Made by a program: the position numbers and the translations under genes. The notes below the pieces were generated by a model, which was not told where the DNA came from, did no database searches, and saw only the letters and a program-made list of their open reading frames with translations. A stretch of DNA of 28,202 bases from assembly GCA_041640655.1 (NCBI GenBank), contig JBEPZV010000032.1, positions 1-28,202 of the forward strand, given 5' to 3'. Shown piece by piece: positions 8,163-14,676 of this stretch (positions are counted from its first letter, which is position 1; the number at the start of each line of letters is the position of its first letter). Source of the DNA: a bacterium (GTDB taxonomy: Bacteria; Acidobacteriota; Blastocatellia; HR10).

Positions 8163-9962
8163 ATGGCGAGAGAGAAGGATATGACCCGAAGAGAGGAATG
8201 CAACGCATCGAAACCCGAGATGGTTCACTGGTACGATCCGAGACAGCTCGTCAAGACCGGCATCCAGGTCCTCGCTTCGACCCTCTGGGGCTCACGCGCC
8301 GACGCTCGGATCATCCTGGCGGGTTTTCGGGAGGAGCAATGGTTGTTCGATTACAGCGATCGGCGCGAGCTGTGGATTGATTATGTAGCCGATCTCGGTG
8401 ATGGGTGGAATTCGACGTACGCGGTGGCTTATTGTCTGGCGCAGGAGAGGCTGAGCGTGCGAAGTCCAGAGGGACAGACGATCGAGACGCGACGCGGCGA
8501 TCTCCTCATCATGGGGGGAGACGAAGTCTATCCGGCGGCGAGCCGGGAGGAATACGAGCGACGGCTCGTGGCCCCGTACGAAGCGGCCTTCCCGTGGTCG
8601 GCCCCCCCTCATCCTCATCTCTTCGCGCTTCCCGGCAATCACGATTGGTACGATGGCTTGGTCAGCTTCACGCGCTTGTTCTGTCAGAAGACGCCGCCCC
8701 GATGGATCGGCGGATGGCAGCTCCCGCAAACGCGCAGTTACTTTGCTCTCAAGCTCCCGCACGGCTGGTGGCTCCTTGGCGTGGATATTCAACTGGAAGC
8801 CGACATTGACGGGCCGCAGCTCGAGTACTTTCAGACCATCGCCCAACAGATGGCGCCCGGAGATCGCGTCATCCTCTGCACGCCGAAACCCGACTGGATC
8901 TATGGCGCCAAGCATGCGATGAACTTGGACTACTTCGAGCAGAAGATCCTCGCGCCACGCGGAGCTCGCGTCGTCCTCCGGCTCACGGGGGACATCCACC
9001 ACTATCGGCGACACGAGCACGAGACTGCTGACGGATCCAAGGTCCATCTGATCATCGCCGGTGGAGGCGGCGCCTTTCTCCACCCGACCCACGGTCCCAA
9101 TGTGGATCAGATCCGCTATGGCCCGGACAAAGCGTGCTTCCGCGTCGCCGCCGAATTTCCCGACCGAAAGACGTCGCGTCGCCTCACGCTGAGGAATCTC
9201 GGCTTTCCGTTCCTGAATCCTTGGTTCGGATTTCTGCCGGGAATCACCTACATGCTGTTGAACTGGATCATGCCGCACCGGTTGTTCGAGTTCGACGTGA
9301 CGCTGAAGAACGTCTGTCCGGTCGTCGCGAACGCGCTCGGCGAACTCCTGCGCAAACCGTCGGCCATCACCTGGCTTCTCCTCATCACCGCCGTCTTCAT
9401 GCTCTTCACCCGCCCAAACGGGGCGATCGGCGAGCAACCGATCCGTCTCGGCCTGCGGGGGACGATCCGTCGGATCTGGCGGAAGGTTTGTCACCTCCTC
9501 TGGGCGTGGCGAATCGCCGGGATCGCCCACGCGCTCGCGCATCTTCTGGCGGCATTGTTCATCGCCTGGATGGCGAACCGCGCGAGCGTCTGGCTGGGAG
9601 GCTCACCGGACTCGCTCCTTCGCTTCGCGACGACCGCCGGTCTGACGTTCGCGGGAGGATGGCTCGCGGGATCGCTGGTGATGGGATTCTATCTCTTCAT
9701 CTCGCTCACCGTCTTCGGGCAACACGCCAACGAAGCCTTCTCGTCGCTGCGGATCCAGGACTACAAGAACTTCCTCCGCCTTCACGTGGACCGAGAGGGG
9801 CAGCTCACCGTCTATCCCATCGGGATCACGAAGGTTCCCAGGGAATGGGTGTGCGATCACCGCGCGTCGGGCAGTCGGTACATTCCCCGCGACCGGGAGA
9901 TCGCGCCTCACCTGATCGAGGACCCCATCGTGATCCTTCCTCGCCCATCATGCTCGTCATGA
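8163..9962 (+). CDS. Calcineurin-like metallophosphoesterase with C-terminal transmembrane helices
   Basis: VADLGDG, GGDEVY, PGNHDWYD, GDIHHY, FLHPTH; several hydrophobic segments in the C-terminal third. Confidence 0.9.
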   Translation: MAREKDMTRREECNASKPEMVHWYDPRQLVKTGIQVLASTLWGSRADARIILAGFREEQWLFDYSDRRELWIDYVADLGDGWNSTYAVAYCLAQERLSVRSPEGQTIETRRGDLLIMGGDEVYPAASREEYERRLVAPYEAAFPWSAPPHPHLFALPGNHDWYDGLVSFTRLFCQKTPPRWIGGWQLPQTRSYFALKLPHGWWLLGVDIQLEADIDGPQLEYFQTIAQQMAPGDRVILCTPKPDWIYGAKHAMNLDYFEQKILAPRGARVVLRLTGDIHHYRRHEHETADGSKVHLIIAGGGGAFLHPTHGPNVDQIRYGPDKACFRVAAEFPDRKTSRRLTLRNLGFPFLNPWFGFLPGITYMLLNWIMPHRLFEFDVTLKNVCPVVANALGELLRKPSAITWLLLITAVFMLFTRPNGAIGEQPIRLGLRGTIRRIWRKVCHLLWAWRIAGIAHALAHLLAALFIAWMANRASVWLGGSPDSLLRFATTAGLTFAGGWLAGSLVMGFYLFISLTVFGQHANEAFSSLRIQDYKNFLRLHVDREGQLTVYPIGITKVPREWVCDHRASGSRYIPRDREIAPHLIEDPIVILPRPSCSS

Positions 9963-9965
9963 AGG

Positions 9966-9988
9966 GCGTCGCACGGAGCACGCGACGC
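9966..9988. terminator. Possible terminator hairpin between convergent genes
   Basis: GCGTCGC-N9-GCGACGC stem immediately after the 9962 stop; no clear U-tract. Confidence 0.35.
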
Positions 9989-10021
9989 GATCTTCGAAAA
10001 GAGCGAGGCCGACACCGCGCC

Positions 10022-10855
10022 TCACCGGATCACGGCGAGCGTCTTCACCCAGACCGCGCGTCCGTCGTAGACGAACGGTTCGAACTCCCACTGGCGCAAG
10101 GCTCGCTCCAGCTCGGGAGCGATCGTCTCCGGCTCCAAGGGAGTCACCGATGCGACCGTTCCATCGACATTGATCAAGAGAGATACGACGAGCTTCCCTC
10201 CGTCCGGAATGCTGACCGGCACCCGCTTGCGAATCGCCAGTCGTCGAAAAGATACCACGTAGGGGTGATCCGGAGAGGGCGGTCGGAGCACATCTGGGAG
10301 GTTCCCGCCAAAAAGCACTCGGAGCACTGTCTCAACCGGCGTTCGCGGGCCCGAGTCGAGAGTGCCCTCACGGAGAGCGATCGGCTCGTTCAATCGCGCT
10401 CGTAGTAGGGTTTGCCCATCCCGCATGAGGTGAACGCGAACGCCTTGGGGCACCTGCACGTCGAAGAAGGCGATCCCCTCGATCTCCGCCGGACGTCGCA
10501 CGTTCACAGCTGCGCCGTCCACGCGCACGCAGGAGGACGGAAGCGGACGAATGGGGAGCTGACGGTGAAGAAAGAGCTCCGCCATTTGGCCCGAGGCGTA
10601 GCCCGCCGAAAGACTCAGCTCATCGCCTTGGCTACGCACGACGAAGACGTCCTCCAGCCTGAGCCCCTCGACGCGCACGACGACCTCACTCGGACGATCT
10701 TTCAATCTCACCCGCTTGTTCAAGATCGGGTATAACCCGGAGAAGCGAACGACCTCTTCCCTCGTCTCCTGCCTCGGCGATGCCGAAAGGACGCCCCCTC
10801 GCCCCCACAGCACGAAGAGACCGACGATCAAAAGCGCGAAGACCTCACGTCTCAT
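10022..10855 (-). CDS. Exported protein with a C-terminal TonB_C-like domain
   Basis: GGAGGGG RBS and ATGA overlap at 10855; leader MRREVFALLIVGLFVLWG; C-terminus VVSLLINVDGTVASV...RALRQWEFEPFVYDGRAV matches the TonB C-terminal pattern. Confidence 0.8.
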   Translation of the reverse strand: MRREVFALLIVGLFVLWGRGGVLSASPRQETREEVVRFSGLYPILNKRVRLKDRPSEVVVRVEGLRLEDVFVVRSQGDELSLSAGYASGQMAELFLHRQLPIRPLPSSCVRVDGAAVNVRRPAEIEGIAFFDVQVPQGVRVHLMRDGQTLLRARLNEPIALREGTLDSGPRTPVETVLRVLFGGNLPDVLRPPSPDHPYVVSFRRLAIRKRVPVSIPDGGKLVVSLLINVDGTVASVTPLEPETIAPELERALRQWEFEPFVYDGRAVWVKTLAVIR

Positions 10856-11163
10856 CGGTTCCCCTCCCGCAGAAAGCTTAACACCCGATGAATGCCACCG
10901 CACAGATCATATCCAAAGAGAGGCCCATCGGCCAAAGGCAGGCGGTTCCCCCACTGTTGATGAGAAGCGAAAGATGGACCGCCGGAAGCGGAAATCCGTA
11001 CAAGCATCGAACTGATCGCAGACCTCACAGCGACGATCCCTTGCCCTGATGCAGCCGCGCCCGAAAGAGTGCAACCAGTTGCGACCACGAAGCTCCCGAA
11101 AAGGAACGCCGCCGCTCCCGCAAAAGCGATGAGCCAACGGGCACGCCAATTCTGAGATCTCAT
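10852..11163 (-). CDS. Small secreted protein or lipoprotein (103 aa), likely paralogue of 12485-12793
   Basis: AGAGGGG RBS; hydrophobic leader ending VATG-C31; stop overlaps the next start; aligns in ungapped blocks to the 12793 protein. Confidence 0.7.
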   Translation of the reverse strand: MRSQNWRARWLIAFAGAAAFLFGSFVVATGCTLSGAAASGQGIVAVRSAISSMLVRISASGGPSFASHQQWGNRLPLADGPLFGYDLCGGIHRVLSFLREGNR

Positions 11164-11199
11164 AGCCCACCCCTCTTAAATCGAAGGCGCACAACTCAC

Positions 11200-11230
11200 C
11201 ACAAACCGCTCCACGAACAGTCGCACAAAC
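11200..11230. repeat. Three CAC(A/G)AAC direct repeats at 12-bp period
   Basis: CACAAAC 11200, CACGAAC 11212, CACAAAC 11224; degenerate copies at 11190 and 11236. Confidence 0.55.
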
Positions 11231-11321
11231 GAGCGCGCAAGGGACGAAAAAGTATCAGCCACCCCATCCCCCAGTCCTGAGCCCAACATAGCGCGAGATC
11301 TCCATACAGACAGGCCCCCTC

Positions 11322-12434
11322 TCACTGAGAAGCCCGTGGCCGCTCGGTGATCACATAACTTCGGCGGTAATGAAGCTGAACATGCGGATATCTCCTTCGC
11401 GCTGAGGGAGTCAACTCGATTTTTATCTCTCGAACCTCCCCGACCTTTGCTTGCTCATCTGGCCAAAAACCAAGGATATAACTCTGACGAAGCCTCTGAA
11501 GAAAGCCTCCAACGAGCGAAGTCGCGCGAGATATAGCCTCAGCAGAAGAAGAGGAATCGGCGGGCACAACGATCCCTCCGCTCATCCGTGAAAAGTACGC
11601 GATGTCCTTAACCTGCGCGAGCAGGAGAGGGATGAGAGGAGGAGCTATCACCATGACCATTCGGCGAACCAGCACACACCCTCGGCTCTCAATGCCGATC
11701 CCACAGACCGTAGCATTGGCCGTGAGAAGCGCCTGTCTCACCTCATCGAGCGAGGGAGAGGGAGCGGGCTTCCGTGGCACGATATGATTGTCTGAAATGA
11801 TTACGATCACTCGCTGTGAACGTCCGCTGGAGGCTTGCCTCAGATAAGAGCTGATCGCGATGAGTTCGTTTCTATCTAAGTAGGAACCCGATCGGCAGAT
11901 CTGAATCGTCGCAGCCAGCTCACGGATATTTTCCCGGATAACAGCGAGATCATTCGTCAACGGATGCCGCAACTCTCCACAGGTGGTGAAGAGAGCCACT
12001 CCATCGTTGGAGCCGAGGACCTCGAGCACCCTTAATGCAGCCACCTGAATAGCTGCCCAACGCCTAAACATCTCCCGAGTAGTGGGGAGCCCCGGCGGGG
12101 AGATATCTAGCTCTGGGCGATTGAGTCGCTCACGCATCCGCTCAGCGTCGGCCTCTGAATATGCATAGGGGGATTCAAGGACAAGCGCGACGTGAAGTGG
12201 CAGCTCCTCTTTGTCAAAGTATGCGATAGAACGTCTCTTCCTTCCCTCATAAATCAGAAAGTCTGCGTGTGTGAGGTCCGTGATCGGAGTCCCATCCTTC
12301 TGCTGCACGACTACGGGGACGAGGACGAGCGAAGAGCTCAAGTGCACAGGCCCGTGTTGCCACAAGAGCCCTGTGAGCACGAGCAGCACCTCTACATATC
12401 GTCCGCTGAGGCTCTGAAGATGCATGGGAATCAC
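11322..12434 (-). CDS. VWA-domain protein (acidobacterial VWFA-related type) with a degenerate MIDAS
   Basis: LVLVPVVVQQKDGTPITDLTHADFLIYE, PLHVALVLES, VIVIISD, SGG, LRQSYILGFWP, YRRSY. Start uncertain (GTG 12434 or ATG 12425). Confidence 0.85.
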   Translation of the reverse strand: MIPMHLQSLSGRYVEVLLVLTGLLWQHGPVHLSSSLVLVPVVVQQKDGTPITDLTHADFLIYEGRKRRSIAYFDKEELPLHVALVLESPYAYSEADAERMRERLNRPELDISPPGLPTTREMFRRWAAIQVAALRVLEVLGSNDGVALFTTCGELRHPLTNDLAVIRENIRELAATIQICRSGSYLDRNELIAISSYLRQASSGRSQRVIVIISDNHIVPRKPAPSPSLDEVRQALLTANATVCGIGIESRGCVLVRRMVMVIAPPLIPLLLAQVKDIAYFSRMSGGIVVPADSSSSAEAISRATSLVGGFLQRLRQSYILGFWPDEQAKVGEVREIKIELTPSARRRYPHVQLHYRRSYVITERPRASQ

Positions 12435-12484
12435 AGAGAGCGTGCTTCGAAACAGAGCATGTTGGTTCAGCCCCCCTTCCTAAT

Positions 12485-12793
12485 TCATCTCGCACTCACG
12501 GTATGAACGGGCAGATGAGCACACACCCTGTCTCCCAAAAGGCTAAGACCACGTAACCGAACCCATCGGTTCCAGTTGGGAGAGTTGGGACGCACTCGTT
12601 CGTGGTCCAACTGGGAACACGCGGACACACACTGCGTATAGGTCGTCCCTTGCAAACCGATGCCAATAACTCCGCGTTCCATTGAGACTGAGAAGTCTCC
12701 GCCGCATCTCTGCGCCGAAGGTGGAACGGGCAGCTGAAGGACCATTAGGGTGATGATTAGGCTCATGATGAGCCGAACGCTCGGCTTCCTCAT
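12485..12793 (-). CDS. Small secreted protein (102 aa, 4 Cys), likely paralogue of 10852-11163
   Basis: TAAGGAGG RBS; Sec-type signal ending PSA-Q; aligns to the 11163 protein. Confidence 0.75.
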   Translation of the reverse strand: MRKPSVRLIMSLIITLMVLQLPVPPSAQRCGGDFSVSMERGVIGIGLQGTTYTQCVSACSQLDHERVRPNSPNWNRWVRLRGLSLLGDRVCAHLPVHTVSAR

Positions 12794-12831
12794 GGTCGTC
12801 CCTCCTTAAGAGTCTTCCCTGACGATCCAGC

Positions 12832-12848
12832 ATTATACTGTCTGTCAA
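12832..12848 (-). promoter_or_regulatory. Promoter-like element TT(GACA)2G-TATAAT (perfect -35/-10 with a 5-bp repeat spacer)
   Basis: Plus strand attata-ctgtc-tgtcaa; about 39 nt upstream of ATG 12793; related copy at 7839-7859. Confidence 0.6.
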
Positions 12849-12869
12849 GCCCCAATTGTCTATAGCGGA

Positions 12870-12984
12870 CGCCCGTCATCGGCGCAGCTTGGTCGGCCCT
12901 GGAAGGCAAAATCGCCCTTTGATCCGGAATAGAAAACGGGTTCCAGGGCGACCAGCGGCGAAGGGCACCCTCTGAGTGACGGCG
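12870..12984. repeat. Bulged inverted repeat / branched hairpin
   Basis: GCtTGGTCgGCCCTGGAA (12887-12904) pairs with TTCCAGGGCGACCAGC (12941-12956) leaving two single-base bulges; outer stem CGCC(C)GTCA/TGACGGCG. Confidence 0.65.
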
Positions 12985-13060
12985 AGTGCCCACGAGGGCG
13001 GTTGCTGCCGAAAAACCAGCCCGAAGCCCCTACACCCGCTCTCCTGCGCACACTTTCTCC

Positions 13061-13089
13061 TTGACACTGCGGGCCGTTTTCCGTAGCAT
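13061..13089 (+). promoter_or_regulatory. dcw (mraZ) sigma70 promoter
   Basis: TTGACA-N17-TAGCAT. Confidence 0.85.
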
Positions 13090-13096
13090 ACGCCAG

Positions 13097-13120
13097 GTGG
13101 ACTAAAGTGGACTAAAGTGG
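13097..13120 (+). promoter_or_regulatory. MraZ operator: three GTGG boxes at 10-bp period
   Basis: GTGGactaaaGTGGactaaaGTGG just downstream of the promoter, matching the known MraZ binding-repeat pattern. Confidence 0.9.
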
Positions 13121-13194
13121 TTCGCGGGTCGGAGACCGAAGCAGACGGTTAAAGCTCAACTTCAAGAGATCGCGGAAAGTGGCTGAGGATTAAG

Positions 13195-13629
13195 ATGTTA
13201 CGCGGCAACTACACGACGCGCATTGATGAGAAGGGACGGATCAAAATCCCAGCCGCCTTCCGCGACATCATCCTGCAAAAGTACGGCTCGGAATTCTTCG
13301 TCACAAGCCTGGATGGGGATCATGTTCGGCTCTATCCCTTGCCGGAGTGGGAGAAGATCGAGCAACGGCTCGCCCAACTGCCGGAGATGGATCCGGTGAA
13401 GGAGAAGTTCCTGCGGGTGACGAACTTCTACGGACGGCAGGCGACCATGGATGGGCAGGGGCGAATTCTCATCCATCCTCCACTTCGGGCGAAAGCTGAA
13501 CTGAACGGCGAGGTCGCGGTCCTGGGCTACATCACTTATCTTCAGGTGTGGAATCTGGAGAAGTTCGAGGCGCAGCTTGGCGTCTTCACGAAGGAAGATG
13601 CGGCAGCCATTGCGAAGTTGGGCATCTAG
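13195..13629 (+). CDS. mraZ: Transcriptional regulator MraZ
   Basis: Two DxxGR motifs (IDEKGRIKIP, MDGQGRILI); first gene of dcw. Confidence 0.97.
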   Translation: MLRGNYTTRIDEKGRIKIPAAFRDIILQKYGSEFFVTSLDGDHVRLYPLPEWEKIEQRLAQLPEMDPVKEKFLRVTNFYGRQATMDGQGRILIHPPLRAKAELNGEVAVLGYITYLQVWNLEKFEAQLGVFTKEDAAAIAKLGI

Positions 13630-13630
13630 T

Positions 13631-14599
13631 ATGAACCTGGAGCGCGCGAGGCATCGTCCGGTGCTCGTGCGCGAGGTCGTCGAGCTACTGCGTCCGTGTT
13701 TGGACGGCGTGATCGTGGACTGCACGGTGGGGACGGGAGGGCATGCAGAGGCGTTGCTCTCGGCGTCAGAGCGTGTGCGCGTGATCGGGATTGATTGGGA
13801 TGAGGAGGCGCTCGTTCTGGCGCGGGAGCGCCTGCGCGCGTATGGGGAGCGGTTTCTGCCCGTCCATGAGGACTTCAAGCGCCTGGATGAGATCCTCACG
13901 CGGCTCGGGCTTGAGACGGTCGAAGGGATTCTCGTTGACCTTGGCGTCTCGTCGCTTCAATTGGAGACGGCCGAGCGGGGATTCAGCTTTCAGCAGGAAG
14001 GGCCGCTCGACATGCGCATGGATCGGCGGCGGACGGTGACGGCCGCCGATCTGGTGAACACGCTGAGTGAGCGGGAGCTGGCCGATCTCATCTTCCGCTA
14101 TGGGGAGGAACCGGCGGCGCGTCGGATCGCGCGGGCGATCGTTCGAGCGCGGGAGGCTGGGCCGATTCGGACGACGACCGAGCTGGCGGCGATCGTCGCG
14201 CGCGCCGCGGGGGGTCGGCGAAGGGGGCGTCTGCATCCGGCGACGCGGACGTTTCAGGCGCTACGGATCGCGGTGAACGAGGAGCTGTCGGGTTTGGAGG
14301 ATTTCCTGGATACGGCCGTCGCGCGGCTCGCGCCCGGCGGGCGAGTGGTCATCATCGCGTTTCATTCGCTCGAGGATCGGGTGATCAAGCGCAGATTGCG
14401 CGTTCATGCCGGGCACTGCGAATGCGCGGCTCGACGGCTGATCCCGCACAGGGAGACCGAATCGTGCCCTCGGTGCGGAGCAGCACGGCGCCTCGTGCTA
14501 CTGACGCCTCGGGCGGTGCGACCGAGCGATTTGGAAGTGCGGGAGAATCCTCGCGCGCGCAGCGCGAGGCTTCGCGCCGGCGAGCGAGCTGACGGATGA
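13631..14599 (+). CDS. rsmH: 16S rRNA m4C1402 methyltransferase
   Basis: HRPVL, DCTVGTGGH, DLGVSSLQL, PLDMRMD, HPATRTFQALRIAVNEEL, FHSLEDR, NPRARSARLR. Start ATG 13631. Confidence 0.97.
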   Translation: MNLERARHRPVLVREVVELLRPCLDGVIVDCTVGTGGHAEALLSASERVRVIGIDWDEEALVLARERLRAYGERFLPVHEDFKRLDEILTRLGLETVEGILVDLGVSSLQLETAERGFSFQQEGPLDMRMDRRRTVTAADLVNTLSERELADLIFRYGEEPAARRIARAIVRAREAGPIRTTTELAAIVARAAGGRRRGRLHPATRTFQALRIAVNEELSGLEDFLDTAVARLAPGGRVVIIAFHSLEDRVIKRRLRVHAGHCECAARRLIPHRETESCPRCGAARRLVLLTPRAVRPSDLEVRENPRARSARLRAGERADG

Positions 14600-14676
14600 T
14601 CGCGCGAGTCTTGCGGATGAACGGGAGGGATCGAGCGAGCAGCTCAAGCTGTGAACGTCGTGTGACGGAGGATGAG

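Noticed and set aside
7795..8208. 5' extension of the 7309 ORF, and ORF 7791-8228
   Set aside because: Cross the promoter-like element and hairpin and overlap the divergent gene start; an RBS supports 7794.
10907..11194. Alternative-frame ORF containing CEVC, suggesting a frameshifted gene
   Set aside because: The 10852-11163 frame has an RBS, leader, stop/start coupling and paralogue alignment through its full length.
12832..12862. Ordinary promoter TAGACA-N19-TATAAT explaining the second GACA element
   Set aside because: A 19-bp spacer is suboptimal and no equivalent exists at 7839; not excluded, but it does not explain the shared motif.
12883..12960. Canonical integron attC site
   Set aside because: No RYYYAAC/GTTRRRY boxes at the hairpin ends, not placed directly downstream of a gene, and no integrase in the window; retained only as an unexplained hairpin.
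12860..13067. Short minus-strand ORFs of 63-67 aa in the mraZ upstream region
   Set aside because: No clear RBS or protein-like features; they overlap promoter and hairpin sequence.
13097..13120. Tandem repeat as a mini-CRISPR or VNTR
   Set aside because: Fully explained as the MraZ operator.
12850..13190. RNase P RNA or c-di-GMP riboswitch upstream of mraZ
   Set aside because: No GAGGAAAGUCC signature; GGCAAA is present but the rest of the c-di-GMP-I pattern is not.
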